Positions 28,755 through 39,300 of a stretch of DNA of 64,000 bases are shown piece after piece (position 1 is the stretch's first letter; each line of letters starts with the position of its first letter). The stretch comes from a plasmid. The DNA lies in the sequence record NZ_CP118990.1; one strand, 5' to 3'. The notes beneath the pieces were generated by a model. The model saw only the letters and a list, made by a program, of their open reading frames with translations. It searched no databases and was not told the DNA's origin. The translations under genes were made by a program, and so were the position numbers.

Positions 28755-29357
28755 ATGTTGGTTGGCTACATGCGCGTGTCGTCGGACTCCGACCGCCAGA
28801 GCACGGACTTGCAGCGCGACGCGCTGCTCGCCGCCGGCGTCGATCCGCGTCACCTGTTTGAGGATCGTGCCTCTGGCGCGAAGGATGACCGTGCCGGCTT
28901 GGCGCGGGCGCTTGAGTTCGTTCGAGCCGGCGATGTGCTGGTGGTGTGGAAACTCGACCGGCTCGGTCGCTCGCTGTCGCACCTGCTCGCCATTGTGACT
29001 TCGCTCAAGGACAAGCGGGTGGCGTTCCGCTCGCTGACAGAGAACCTGGACACTACGACGCCCTCGGGCGAATTCCTGTTCCAGGTGTTCGGTGCGCTCG
29101 CGCAGTACGAGCGCGCCTTGATTCAGGAGCGCGTCGTCGCGGGCTTGGCCGCCGCACGCAAACGCGGCCGGATCGGCGGCCGGCCGCAGGCGATCACTGG
29201 TGAGAAGCTGGACGCCATCGTCGCCGCGCTCGATGGCGGCATGTCTAAGGCGGCGGTGTGCCGCAACTTCAATGTCAAGCGCACTACGTTGATCGAAACA
29301 TTGACGCGAGCAGGTTGGCGTGGTGCGGGAAGGACGGTCGATGAGCAACAAGAATAA
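28755..29357 (+). CDS. tnpR: Serine recombinase resolvase TnpR
   Basis: MLVGYMRVSSDSDRQ... ORF track start 28632 is upstream of the conserved start. Confidence 0.9.
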   Translation: MLVGYMRVSSDSDRQSTDLQRDALLAAGVDPRHLFEDRASGAKDDRAGLARALEFVRAGDVLVVWKLDRLGRSLSHLLAIVTSLKDKRVAFRSLTENLDTTTPSGEFLFQVFGALAQYERALIQERVVAGLAAARKRGRIGGRPQAITGEKLDAIVAALDGGMSKAAVCRNFNVKRTTLIETLTRAGWRGAGRTVDEQQE

Positions 29358-32300
29358 GCTACTCACCGTCTTTTCTGACGCAGAGCAGGAAGCCTTGTAC
29401 GGCCTACCGGACTTCGACGATGCTCAGCGGCTGGAATACCTGGCGTTGACCGAATCTGAACTGGCGTTCGCCAGCAGCCGGCCTAGCCTGCAGGCCCAAG
29501 TCTATTGCGTCTTGCAGATCGGCTACTTCAAGGCCAAGCATGCTTTCTTCCGCTTCGATTGGCATGAGGTCGAGGACGATTGCGCCTTCGTGCTGAGTCG
29601 CTATTTCCACGGCGAAGCGTTCGAACGCAAGGCGATCACCAAGCATGAGCACTACAGCCAGAGGGGTCAGATCGCCGAACTGTTCGGCTACCGGTCGTGG
29701 GCGGCTAGCTTCCTGCCGCAACTGGCACAGCAGGCTGAACAGATCGTGCGGCGCGACGTAATGCCAGGATTCGTGGCCGCCGAACTGATCGTTTGGCTCA
29801 GCGAGCACAAAATCATCCGGCCCGGCCACACCACCTTACAAGAGCTGGTCAGTGAAGCCCTGTCCACCGAACGCAGGCGCTTGGGCGGCTTGCTGGCAGA
29901 AGTGTTGGACGAATCGGCCAAAGCTGCGCTGGGCCAGCTCCTGGTGCGTGACGACACCCTGTCTCAACTGGCAGCGCTCAAGCAGGACGCTAAAGATTTT
30001 GGCTGGCGTCAGATGGCAGGGGAGCGCGAGAAGCGCGCCACGCTGAAGTCCTTGCACGGGATCGCCAAGGCGCTGCTGCCCAAGCTCGGCATCTCGCAGC
30101 AGAACCTGCTGTACTACGCGAGCCTGGCGAACTTCTATACCGTCCATGACCTGCGCCACCTGAAGGCGGAGCAGACCCGGCTCTACCTGCTGTGCTATGC
30201 CTGGGTACGTTACCGGCAGCTCACCGACAACCTGGTCGACGCGATGGCCTTCCACATGAAAAAACTTGAGGACGAGAGCCGCACGGGTGCGAAACAGTCC
30301 TTTGTCGCCGAACAGCTGCGACGCCATCAGGAAACGCCGCAGGTTGGCCGCCTGCTGTCGCTGTACGTGGACGACAGCGTGGCCGATCCGACGCCGTTCG
30401 GCGAGGTGCGCCAACGCGCCTACAAAATCATGTCCAGGGAATTGCTGCAAAACACGGCGCAGCGCATGAGCGTCAAGCCACTGAACAAACTGGCGCTGCA
30501 CTGGCAGGCGGTGGACGGCCTGGCCGAACGCATTCGACGCCATCTACGGCCGCTGTACGTCGCGCTCGACTTCGCCGGCACGGCCCCCGATAACCCATGG
30601 CTCGCGGCGCTGACTTGGGCCAAGAGCGTGTTCGCCAAGCAGCAGCGCCTATCACAACGGCCACTCGACGAATGTCCGGCGGCAACGCTGCCGAAACGCT
30701 TGCGTCCGTACCTGCTGATGTTCGATGCCGAAGGCACGCCGACAGGCCTGCATGCCGATCGTTACGAATTCTGGCTTTACCGTCAGGTCAGGAAACGCTT
30801 CCAGGCGGGCGAGCTCTACATTGACGATAGCTTGCAGCACCGGCATTTGTCCGACGAGTTGGTTTCGATGGACGAGAAAGCCGCCGTGCTCGCGCAGATG
30901 GACATCCCCTTCCTGCGGCAGCCGGTCAGTGCCCAGCTCGATGCACTGGCGACCGAGTTGCGTGCGCAATGGGTGGCGTTCAATCGCGAGCTGAAACAGG
31001 GCAAGCTGACGCACCTGGAATACGACAAGGACACGCAGAGACTGACCTGGCGCAAGCCCAAGGGGGAGAACCAGAAGGCGCGCGAGCAAGCTCTCTACGA
31101 GCAACTGCCATACTGCGATGTCGCCGACGTGTTTCGCTTCGTCAACGGCCAGTGCCAGTTCCTGTCGGCGCTGACACCATTGCAGCCACGCTATGCGAAG
31201 AAGGTAGCCGACGCCGACAGTCTGATGGCGGTGATCATTGCCCAAGCCATGAACCACGGCAACCAGGTTATGGCACGTACCAGCGACATCCCGTACCACG
31301 TCCTGGAGAGTACCTACCAGCAGTACCTGCGCCAGGCGACGCTACATGTGGCCAACGATTGCATCAGCAACGCCATCGCCGCACTGCCGATCTTCCCGCA
31401 TTACTCGTTCGACCTCGATTCGTTGTACGGTGCCGTTGATGGGCAGAAATTCGGCGTCGAGCGACCAACTGTGAAGGCGCGCTACTCGCGCAAATATTTC
31501 GGCCGCGGCAAGGGCGTCGTCGCCTACACGCTGCTGTGCAATCACGTGCCGTTGAACGGCTACCTGATAGGCGCACACGAGTACGAGGCTCACCACGTGT
31601 TCGACATCTGGTACCGCAACACGTCGGACATCGTGCCGAGCGCGATCACCGGCGACATGCACAGCATCAACAAGGCCAACTTCGCCATCCTGCACTGGTT
31701 CGGACTTCGTTTCGAGCCGCGCTTCACCGACCTCGACGACCAGTTGCAGGAGCTGTATTGCGCCGATGATCTGGCATTGTACGAGAAATGCCTGATCCGG
31801 CCGGCTGGCCAGATCGACCGGCAACTCATCGTCGGTGAGAAGGCGAACATCGACCGAATCGTCGCCACACTGGGCCTGAAGGAAATGACGCAGGGCACGC
31901 TGATCCGCAAGCTGTGCACCTATACGGCGCCGAACCCGACGCGGCGCGCAATCTTCGAGTTCGACAAGCTCATCCGCAGTATCTACACACTGCGCTACCT
32001 GCGCGACCCGCAACTGGAGCGTAATGTTCACCGCTCGCAGAACCGCATTGAGTCCTATCACCAGCTACGCTCGACCATCGCCCAAGTCGGTGGGAAGAAG
32101 GAATTGACCGGCCGCACCGACATCGAAATCGAGATCAGCAACCAGTGCGCCAGGCTGATCGGCAACGCGATCATCTTCTACAACTCGGCGATCCTGTCCC
32201 TGCTGCTGACGAAGTACGAGGCAGCTGGCAATGCCAAGGCGCTGGCGTTGATCACGCAGATGTCGCCAGCGGCCTGGCGGCACATCCTGCTGAACGGGCA

Positions 32301-32370
32301 TTACACCTTCCAGACTGACGGCAAGTTCATCGACCTGGATGCGCTCGTGGCGGGACTGGAGCTGGGCTGA
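29320..32370 (+). CDS. tnpA: Tn3-family transposase TnpA
   Basis: 1016 aa. Co-directional with tnpR. Alternative start MSNKNK at 29341. Confidence 0.9.
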   Translation: MVREGRSMSNKNKLLTVFSDAEQEALYGLPDFDDAQRLEYLALTESELAFASSRPSLQAQVYCVLQIGYFKAKHAFFRFDWHEVEDDCAFVLSRYFHGEAFERKAITKHEHYSQRGQIAELFGYRSWAASFLPQLAQQAEQIVRRDVMPGFVAAELIVWLSEHKIIRPGHTTLQELVSEALSTERRRLGGLLAEVLDESAKAALGQLLVRDDTLSQLAALKQDAKDFGWRQMAGEREKRATLKSLHGIAKALLPKLGISQQNLLYYASLANFYTVHDLRHLKAEQTRLYLLCYAWVRYRQLTDNLVDAMAFHMKKLEDESRTGAKQSFVAEQLRRHQETPQVGRLLSLYVDDSVADPTPFGEVRQRAYKIMSRELLQNTAQRMSVKPLNKLALHWQAVDGLAERIRRHLRPLYVALDFAGTAPDNPWLAALTWAKSVFAKQQRLSQRPLDECPAATLPKRLRPYLLMFDAEGTPTGLHADRYEFWLYRQVRKRFQAGELYIDDSLQHRHLSDELVSMDEKAAVLAQMDIPFLRQPVSAQLDALATELRAQWVAFNRELKQGKLTHLEYDKDTQRLTWRKPKGENQKAREQALYEQLPYCDVADVFRFVNGQCQFLSALTPLQPRYAKKVADADSLMAVIIAQAMNHGNQVMARTSDIPYHVLESTYQQYLRQATLHVANDCISNAIAALPIFPHYSFDLDSLYGAVDGQKFGVERPTVKARYSRKYFGRGKGVVAYTLLCNHVPLNGYLIGAHEYEAHHVFDIWYRNTSDIVPSAITGDMHSINKANFAILHWFGLRFEPRFTDLDDQLQELYCADDLALYEKCLIRPAGQIDRQLIVGEKANIDRIVATLGLKEMTQGTLIRKLCTYTAPNPTRRAIFEFDKLIRSIYTLRYLRDPQLERNVHRSQNRIESYHQLRSTIAQVGGKKELTGRTDIEIEISNQCARLIGNAIIFYNSAILSLLLTKYEAAGNAKALALITQMSPAAWRHILLNGHYTFQTDGKFIDLDALVAGLELG

Positions 32371-32401
32371 CGGAAATTTCTGGGATTCCGGCGTACAACC
32401 C

Positions 32402-33400
32402 CTATTTTGAAATTTTGGCGTACTTGCTTACCGTACTGGCGGAAATATTGAGATCGTCGGCGATGGTGCTATGCGGGTATCCGGCAGCCTTCATGCTCTG
32501 AATGGCTTCCCACAACTCCCAGTTAGTCCGGCTTGTTCCCATGGGCCTCCCGCCCCCCTTGGAAACCTTGCCCCCCTTGGCCCCTCTGGTTGCCTGAATG
32601 GCGCGGAACTCGGACGGGGTGAAATGTCGCCATACCCAACGGGCGATGCTCTTGGCCGTGGCCTTCGTCTCGGACACGGGCAACGGACCGCCCTGCTCCA
32701 GCCCAAACGCATTGGCACTGTCACAGGCAGCTCTGACAGCCTCAGCCCATGCGTCGTACCCATTGGGTCGCCAATACTCTCTGACGGCGCTGTAAGCCCA
32801 CTCCCGCACGTTGTCGAACAGGGTGACGTTACGCCCTAGCCCGCTCGCCTCCTTGCGGCTGCGGCGACTGTAGGCGGCGAGATCTTTATCCGGGCAGAAC
32901 TCGGCCAGATAGTCGAGAGAATAGGGCTCAATGGGGTGCCAGACCGTCCACCAATCGCTGTGTGTGGGGTTCTTGGTGATGAGGCCTGTGAACCGCATGT
33001 CAGCCCCTAACCGATGCGCCATAACGTGTTCTATGGCGGCCAGATAGCGCAATGGCTTTCGCCTTGCTGCGCTGGTGCGGGCCACAGGGGTAGCCAGCAT
33101 GTAACCGATGTGGGCACGGCCTCGATGACAGACCCCGTTCTCGTCCAGCCCTTCATCCAGGTTGATGGCGATCCAGTGTGGAGCTGGCAGTCCAGCGGAC
33201 TCCCATGCGGCGTATCCATCTGGTCGGTCGATATCGAATACCAGGCAGGCGACGTGCGGCGGCGGGTTGTGCTGGATGTGGCGATAGGCCAGCGCGGTAG
33301 CCTTCGGGCGGATCAACAGGCCCTGTGACGGGTCATCAGTACAGTAGGGGCGATGAGGCAGACGTTCGACAAACGAGGCGCGAGAGGCTGTTTTCGTCAA
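32402..33400 (-). CDS. Putative plasmid replication initiator-like protein with C-terminal HTH
   Basis: 332 aa. C-terminal HTH GYPHSTIADDLNISASTVSKYAK. Family call is tentative. Confidence 0.4.
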   Translation of the reverse strand: MTKTASRASFVERLPHRPYCTDDPSQGLLIRPKATALAYRHIQHNPPPHVACLVFDIDRPDGYAAWESAGLPAPHWIAINLDEGLDENGVCHRGRAHIGYMLATPVARTSAARRKPLRYLAAIEHVMAHRLGADMRFTGLITKNPTHSDWWTVWHPIEPYSLDYLAEFCPDKDLAAYSRRSRKEASGLGRNVTLFDNVREWAYSAVREYWRPNGYDAWAEAVRAACDSANAFGLEQGGPLPVSETKATAKSIARWVWRHFTPSEFRAIQATRGAKGGKVSKGGGRPMGTSRTNWELWEAIQSMKAAGYPHSTIADDLNISASTVSKYAKISK

Positions 33401-33582
33401 TGATGCCCGCGCTTATTGGCGGGGCAGGGTTGTTTAGCGTGATCCATGTGTTATTATTTTCCTGTTCTTAGTGAACGACCCCGAACTCTCTTACCGACTC
33501 CGCCAAGATGAAGATAAGAGATTCGGGGTTTGTCTTTTCTGGCCAGTACGTTACCGCAGGCGGTCACACCTTACAACGTCCG

Positions 33583-33870
33583 CTAATCAAGACGTGACAT
33601 GGCATCCAGATATACCTCTTCCCGTTCGCGCCTCCCCACTGCGACCACGAATACCACCACCCGATCATCCTGTACCTGGTAAACCAACCGATACCCCGCG
33701 CCACGCAATTTGATCTTGTAGCAATCAGACATCCCATTCAGCCTGTTTGCCTCAATCCTGGGGCGCTCGATCACCTCTGAAAGTTTCTTTTTGAACTGCT
33801 GGCGAACGGTATCGCCCAACTTTTTCCACTCTTTCCACGCTCGCGGATCAAACTCGAGTTCAAAGGTCAT
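33583..33870 (-). CDS. relE: RelE/StbE-family toxin
   Basis: 95 aa. DCYKIKLRGAGYRLVYQVQDDRVVVFVVAVGRR. Confidence 0.8.
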   Translation of the reverse strand: MTFELEFDPRAWKEWKKLGDTVRQQFKKKLSEVIERPRIEANRLNGMSDCYKIKLRGAGYRLVYQVQDDRVVVFVVAVGRREREEVYLDAMSRLD

Positions 33871-34126
33871 CCAGCGATACCTTGATGCCTTTCTGCGGGC
33901 TGGCCAAGCGCTCTCGCACGATGGCTAACAGTGCCTCTTCGTCCTCCGTCACCACGGTAGTGCGAAACGGGCTCCGCCCCTGAGAGGCCACATACTCCAG
34001 GGTTTGCCGGATAATATCCGAGGGGGTCACCCCCAATTTGTCCAGCACCGCAAATGAACGTGCCTTCAGTTCATCATCAATGCGCAGGTTAATCGTGCCC
34101 ATAACCGCCTCACTTTGTAATTTCAA
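33860..34126 (-). CDS. relB: RelB/DinJ-family antitoxin
   Basis: Probable start MGTINLRIDDELK at 34102. Overlaps toxin start. Confidence 0.7.
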   Translation of the reverse strand: MKLQSEAVMGTINLRIDDELKARSFAVLDKLGVTPSDIIRQTLEYVASQGRSPFRTTVVTEDEEALLAIVRERLASPQKGIKVSLDDL

Positions 34127-34280
34127 ACGCCATTACATTGTAATACTGGCAATACCGTTGCACAACCAGAACTAGGGAGTGCAGGCCGGACGAACTCATG
34201 GAGTCTGGAACTTATTTTGATTGCTCATTGCATGTGCTTTTCTGTATTTTTACAAAACCACAAATAATGAGAATTCAACC

Positions 34281-34910
34281 ATGATCATCGGACTGCTCAA
34301 CCAGAAGGGCGGCGTTGGCAAGACCACCCTCAGCGTGAACCTGGCGGCTAGCTTGGCCCGCCGCGGCTTTCGGGTTCTTCTGATCGATGCCGATCCACAA
34401 GGCTCCGCCCTGGACTGGGCCGCAGCTCGTGATGGCGAGCCCCTGTTCTCGGTCGTCGGCCTCCCCAGAGCCACCGTGCATAAGGAGATCGGACAACTCG
34501 GCCAGGGCTATGACCACATTGTCATCGACGGACCACCACGGGTAACCGACCTCGCTCGCTCCGCGATCATGGCCGCTGATGTGGTGCTGATCCCGGTACA
34601 ACCCAGCCCCTACGACATCTGGGCAGCAGACGAGGTGGTGAAGCTGATTGAAGAGGCTCGCATCTACAAGGAAGGACTGAAAGCCGCTTTTGTGGTTAAT
34701 CGTAAAATCGCAAATACAGCCATAGGGCGGGATGTTGGTGCAGCTCTGGCCGCCTACCCCATACCTGTCCTAACCGCCAGTATCACCCAGCGCGTAGTGT
34801 TCGCAGAGGCCGCAGCCCAAGGCCGCGCTGTTCATGAAACTGATGAGACCGGTCCAGCCGCCGCAGAGATCGATGCCGTCATGGCAGAATTGATGGAGAT
34901 TGCACGATGA
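34281..34910 (+). CDS. parA: ParA/IncC-family partition ATPase
   Basis: Deviant Walker A LNQKGGVGKTT. ORF track start 34221 is upstream of the conserved start. Confidence 0.85.
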   Translation: MIIGLLNQKGGVGKTTLSVNLAASLARRGFRVLLIDADPQGSALDWAAARDGEPLFSVVGLPRATVHKEIGQLGQGYDHIVIDGPPRVTDLARSAIMAADVVLIPVQPSPYDIWAADEVVKLIEEARIYKEGLKAAFVVNRKIANTAIGRDVGAALAAYPIPVLTASITQRVVFAEAAAQGRAVHETDETGPAAAEIDAVMAELMEIAR

Positions 34911-35140
34911 GCAAGAAGGTCACCATCGGCGCCAAGCCGACCAGCAAGAGTGCGCAGGCCTCCGCCGATGAGTGGGTAGAGAACCGCAGCACCGGCAATG
35001 CACCTGAGCCGATGAAGCGGCTCACCATCGACATCCCCGAAAGCCTGCACCGCGCAATCAAGATGCAATGTGCATCGCGCGGAGCCAAGATCGCGGACGA
35101 GGTGCGCGAACTGCTTTTGAAGAAATACGGAAATCTGTAA
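34907..35140 (+). CDS. Small partition protein (ParG/ribbon-helix-helix-like centromere-binding protein)
   Basis: 77 aa. ATGA overlap with parA. Basic, with C-terminal helical region. Confidence 0.45.
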   Translation: MSKKVTIGAKPTSKSAQASADEWVENRSTGNAPEPMKRLTIDIPESLHRAIKMQCASRGAKIADEVRELLLKKYGNL

Positions 35141-35186
35141 TTGCGATTTTGATAGGCAGCAAAAAGGGGCGGCGGATTTACCGTAA

Positions 35187-36578
35187 CGCCCCTTCATGTA
35201 CAGGACCTTAAGCGGCGAGTCCATTTAAAACGCCTTCCAAGGTCCTGTTCTGTATCGACTTTCTCTGCTTGGTTCGGCAGGCGTTCTTGGCCAAATAATC
35301 GGCAGCCCATTCCAATCTTTCCCTTATTTCTGTCAGCGCCCTATGGGCCACTGCTTCCAATAGCGGTAGCCACCACGTCGCACTGTTCTTCGACGCTTTC
35401 AGCATCGATAGCGCCCCACTCATCACACTCTGCGCGACCCGTCTCTTCATCACCAGCGACAGCAGGCTCGTCCACACCAACCCCTCGGCAATCGCTTTCT
35501 CGCCCGTCACAAACCCCTTGAGCCGGTTGTGCGATTTCCACTCTTTAAATAACAACTCCACCTGCCAACGGCAGCGATACAGGCTCATCACCTGCTCTGC
35601 TGACCATGCTGCTCGCGGTAGGTTCGTCATCCACAGACAGAACCGCTTTTCCTCAGCAAACCAGCGCCGGATCAACCGGTACTCGACCTGGCCGGACTTC
35701 ACCACCATATCCAGTACCTCGGCCCGACAGCGTCGCCGTCCGGCCTCTCTCAGAGATAGTCCCGCCAGCTTGGGTACTTCCCGTCCATCACCGCGCCAGG
35801 CTTGGATTATCTTGGGGTTCAGGCTTTTCGTGCCGCGCACCAGATAAAATCCGCCAGCGTCGTTCACCTGCTCAAACCAAGCCCTGTCAATGTAACCTGC
35901 GTCAGCCAGCAGCAGGCAGTTGGTCAGCGTGTGGGCTTCAGGCAGAAATTGCCGTTCCCCTGCGGTATCGGCAGACACACTCATGCACAACGGGCTCTGC
36001 TCCGACAGTGACATGGTCATATGGCACTCGATAGCTGCCGGACTGATGGTCTTGAACCGGCCGGGAAAATCAGCAGCAAGGCGCCGATGCACCGCAAAGG
36101 AGGTGCCATCGTGCAGTAACACCTGCTTGAACGCGCCGAGGGAGGCTGCTTTGAGTTGATGGTCGATACGCAAGGCGATGGCCCGCTCGACCAGGGCTTT
36201 CATAAACAGGGCAAAGCTCTCTTTGCGCAGCTGATTGTGAAACGGTTTGTAAGAAACCTGATGGGTGTTTACCAGTTGCAAGGCATTGAAATGGCGGTGT
36301 AAACCGGCAATGTCATTGACCTGGTCGCCTCCCATGGCCCGCAGCAGTGCAGGTACGAGCATGGCTGGGGTAATGGCACGCTGACGCAGACAAAACTTGC
36401 AGAGCCGAGCAATGCGCTCGAGTGCGGCGGGAGCCAAGAGTTGCTCCAGATAGTAATTAGCGTTGATAATAGTCATAGGCTTCGCGCGTGTTGATTTTGT
36501 TTGGCGATAAAATCAGATCACAAACGAAGCCTTTTTTATATCTATTTCAATTGGTTGCCGCTAAAGATCCTGTACATG
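35187..36578 (-). mobile_element. IS4-family insertion sequence, copy 1
   Basis: Terminal IRs around CTGTACATGA: ccgcttaaggtcctgtacatgaagg (revcomp at 35187-35215) and ccgctaaagatcctgtacatgag (36549-36578). Confidence 0.7.
35208..36476 (-). CDS. IS4-family DDE transposase
   Basis: 422 aa; about 60 percent identical to the transposase at 37322-38596. Confidence 0.85.
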   Translation of the reverse strand: MTIINANYYLEQLLAPAALERIARLCKFCLRQRAITPAMLVPALLRAMGGDQVNDIAGLHRHFNALQLVNTHQVSYKPFHNQLRKESFALFMKALVERAIALRIDHQLKAASLGAFKQVLLHDGTSFAVHRRLAADFPGRFKTISPAAIECHMTMSLSEQSPLCMSVSADTAGERQFLPEAHTLTNCLLLADAGYIDRAWFEQVNDAGGFYLVRGTKSLNPKIIQAWRGDGREVPKLAGLSLREAGRRRCRAEVLDMVVKSGQVEYRLIRRWFAEEKRFCLWMTNLPRAAWSAEQVMSLYRCRWQVELLFKEWKSHNRLKGFVTGEKAIAEGLVWTSLLSLVMKRRVAQSVMSGALSMLKASKNSATWWLPLLEAVAHRALTEIRERLEWAADYLAKNACRTKQRKSIQNRTLEGVLNGLAA

Positions 36579-36793
36579 AGTGAGGGTTATGGTGGCTATA
36601 TGCTGGATATTGCTATTCAGATGACAGCCATATGGGGAAGATTACAGGCGCCTGAAATAACAGCAGAGTATGGAGTGACTACCACGGCTGGAGGTTGGCA
36701 CGGGCTGATCCCCTCTCCCTTTGGGAGAGGGTTAGGGTGAGGGGAGCTGGCTGACCGGGTGTAGCAACCAGGCGGCATTACACCGCTGAATCT

Positions 36794-37195
36794 TCAGTTA
36801 TTGAAATTCCACGCGATCGGCAGTTCGACGTCGAAGATAAGTGCATCCCCGTCGAGGCGAAAGGCCAGGCTGGTCTGGTGCTGGTCGTATTCGTTGATAA
36901 TCAGGCAGCTCTCGGCGAAGTTGGACTCGTAGTTGATATGGGCCACTCCTTCACGGCCGTCAGCGAGTTCGATGCTGAGCACCCGCAGCGGGTTCTCCTG
37001 ACTGAGGTTGACCCGGGTGTCCCCCACGTCCACCAGCCGTTCCAGCAGAGGGAAGAAATCTTGTCTGTGGGTCGTTATGGCCTGGGTGATGGCCTGCTCC
37101 AGCTCAGCCTGGGTGGCGAAGGGGCCGCCGAGTGGGTAGCGGGTCTGGATCCTTTCCTGAGTCATTGCGTTTCCTCCTGAACTGAGATGTGGCAA
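36794..37195 (-). CDS. Hypothetical protein (133 aa) trapped between the two IS4-family copies
   Basis: ORF. Probable start MTQERIQ. Confidence 0.4.
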   Translation of the reverse strand: MPHLSSGGNAMTQERIQTRYPLGGPFATQAELEQAITQAITTHRQDFFPLLERLVDVGDTRVNLSQENPLRVLSIELADGREGVAHINYESNFAESCLIINEYDQHQTSLAFRLDGDALIFDVELPIAWNFNN

Positions 37196-37220
37196 CAGTT
37201 TGGCCGCTGCAGTGACCTGT

Positions 37221-38617
37221 CATGTACAGGATCTTTAGCTACAACCAATTGAAATAGATAGAAAAAAGGCTTCGTTTGTGATCTGATTTAATCGCAAAAA
37301 AAAACCGACACGCCCGAAGCCATGACTATTATCAATGCAACCCAGTACCTCAAGCAACTTCTTAGCTCTTCTGAACTCAACCGGATCGGTAAATTTACCG
37401 GTTTTTGTCAGCGACTCCGGGATATCCAGCCTGCGAGACTACTCCCGGCTCTGCTCTCAGGGCTTGGTTGCGACAAGGTGGATGGTATTGCTGGTTTGCA
37501 TCGCCATTTCAATGCGTTGCAGCTCCATGATACTGACCAAATAGCGTATAAACCCTTTCACAACCAGTTACGCAAGCAGGGTTTTCCCTTGTTCATGCGC
37601 GCACTGGTTGAACGAGCCATCGCCTTACGCCTCAAGGAGTGTCTACCGGACGCCCACGGACTGGCAGGCTTTGAGCAGGTACTGCTGCAGGACGGGTCGT
37701 CATTCGCGTTACATCCGCAATTGGCAGAACATTTCCCGGGCCGATTCAATAAGCACAGCCCCGCTGCGGTAGAGTGTCATATGACCATGTCCTTGCTGGA
37801 CCAGTCGCCGATATCGATGAGTATCACGGCGGATACCGAATCGGAGCGCAAGCATCTTCCGGCCGAAAATTCGTTAAATAACAAACTGTTATTGGCGGAT
37901 GCCGGTTACATCAGCCGCGAGTACTTTGCTGATGTGACCAAAGCCAAAGGAAGCTATCTGGTCAGAGGGAGTCAAAATCTCAATCCCAAAGTACAGGCAG
38001 CTTACCGACAGGACGGCAGGGAAATGCCCAAGTTACTCGGAAAAAAGCTCAAGGATATCGATCGGAGAAGCTGCAGAGCCGAGGTTCTGGATCTGGATGT
38101 GAGTTCGGGAAAGTATAAATATCGACTCATAAGACGTTGGTTTGCAGAGGAAAAACGGTTCTGTATATGGATGACCAATCTTCCGCGTGAGCGATGGCCA
38201 GCCGAGAAGGTGATGGCATTGTATCGTTGCCGTTGGCAGATCGAACTGTTGTTCAAAGAGCTGAAATCACATAACCGGTTGAAGGCGTTCGCGACACGAC
38301 AAAAAGCGATAGCGGAAGGCTTGATCTGGGCTAGTTTGCTGGCCTTGCTGGTCAAACGTCGGCTGGCGCTGACGCTGATTGGCAGCGCGGAGTTATCGAT
38401 GCTGAAGATTGCCAAAAACAGCGCGCTTTGGTTAATGCCGATATTGGCGAGCATCATCCATGGTGCGTGGCAGGAAATAACAGAGAAGTTGGAGTGGGCA
38501 ATGGTGTATTTATCCAAAAACGGCAAAAAGAGTAGGCAGAGAAAATCCAAGCAAAACAACACGTTAGACGGTATTATTAATTCGCTTGCCGCTTAAGGTT
38601 CTGTACATGAACGCCCC
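37221..38617 (+). mobile_element. IS4-family insertion sequence, copy 2 (inverted relative to copy 1)
   Basis: catgtacaggatctttagc (37221-37239) and cttaaggttctgtacatg (about 38596-38617). Transposase-proximal ends of both copies share about 60 bp (aaccaattgaaatagata...cttcgtttgtgatctgat). Confidence 0.7.
37322..38596 (+). CDS. IS4-family DDE transposase
   Basis: 424 aa. Confidence 0.85.
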   Translation: MTIINATQYLKQLLSSSELNRIGKFTGFCQRLRDIQPARLLPALLSGLGCDKVDGIAGLHRHFNALQLHDTDQIAYKPFHNQLRKQGFPLFMRALVERAIALRLKECLPDAHGLAGFEQVLLQDGSSFALHPQLAEHFPGRFNKHSPAAVECHMTMSLLDQSPISMSITADTESERKHLPAENSLNNKLLLADAGYISREYFADVTKAKGSYLVRGSQNLNPKVQAAYRQDGREMPKLLGKKLKDIDRRSCRAEVLDLDVSSGKYKYRLIRRWFAEEKRFCIWMTNLPRERWPAEKVMALYRCRWQIELLFKELKSHNRLKAFATRQKAIAEGLIWASLLALLVKRRLALTLIGSAELSMLKIAKNSALWLMPILASIIHGAWQEITEKLEWAMVYLSKNGKKSRQRKSKQNNTLDGIINSLAA

Positions 38618-38679
38618 TTATGCGCAATTTTTTGGGGGCGACAATTCAATAATAAAGATAATTCCCTTCATCCATATGT

Positions 38680-39300
38680 TTAATATTCATCATCTGTATC
38701 GCTGTAAAACCAACCCTCGTTTTCACTACGGAAACAACTTTCAGAATAATCACTCGCCTCATCAAAAATTTCCTTTCTCACCTCCTCCCTGGCCTTAAAT
38801 TCATCAGAGCTTAATTCATTCTCACTCCAACTATATTCCTTGGCGAGGCGTTCAATTTCTAGCAAGGCATTTACCTGAATGAATACTGAAATGACTTCTG
38901 GCAATCTTGTTTTTTCTTGATGAGTTAAACGACGAAGCCTAGGTCTAACGATACTTTTATCATACAAAATTATTTCATTTCTCTCGAAATGAAATAATTC
39001 TACATACTTATCTTTTTGATCTGAACGAGTTGTTCTATCGAAGGCAACAATACTACCAAACCCATATCCTTCATCGATAAAACCAAACCACAAAATTTTT
39101 ATATAAAATCTATAATCCATATCACTAAGTGAGTGATTATGGGAGCGCTTCAGCAATTGCTCCTTAATACATTCAGTAGTCAATTCCAAATCATCAGGAT
39201 CATCTTTATCCATAGATAACTTAAGCTTAGCTGCCATACCATAATTACTGAGTTCCTTTTTCATAAAACCTCCATGACTACAACGGATGCAACATATCAC
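38680..39300 (-). CDS. Hypothetical acidic protein (AT-rich island)
   Basis: ORF. Probable start MKKELSNYG. About 32 percent GC. Confidence 0.4.
   Translation of the reverse strand: MICCIRCSHGGFMKKELSNYGMAAKLKLSMDKDDPDDLELTTECIKEQLLKRSHNHSLSDMDYRFYIKILWFGFIDEGYGFGSIVAFDRTTRSDQKDKYVELFHFERNEIILYDKSIVRPRLRRLTHQEKTRLPEVISVFIQVNALLEIERLAKEYSWSENELSSDEFKAREEVRKEIFDEASDYSESCFRSENEGWFYSDTDDEY

Larger units (their letters stand above)
25256..32402 (+). mobile_element. Tn3-family transposon (IR, HD-GYP passenger, hypothetical genes, higBA, tnpR, tnpA, IR)
   Basis: 38-bp IRs GGGGATGTAAGCCGGAACCCCAGAAATTTCCGTCACCC (25256-25293) and the inverted GGGGTTGTACGCCGGAATCCCAGAAATTTCCGTCAGCC (32365-32402). tnpA ends inside the right IR. 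Confidence 0.7.

Noticed and set aside
29836-32061. Minus-strand ORFs of 215-239 aa inside the second tnpA
   Set aside because: Antisense to the Tn3-family transposase. Spurious.
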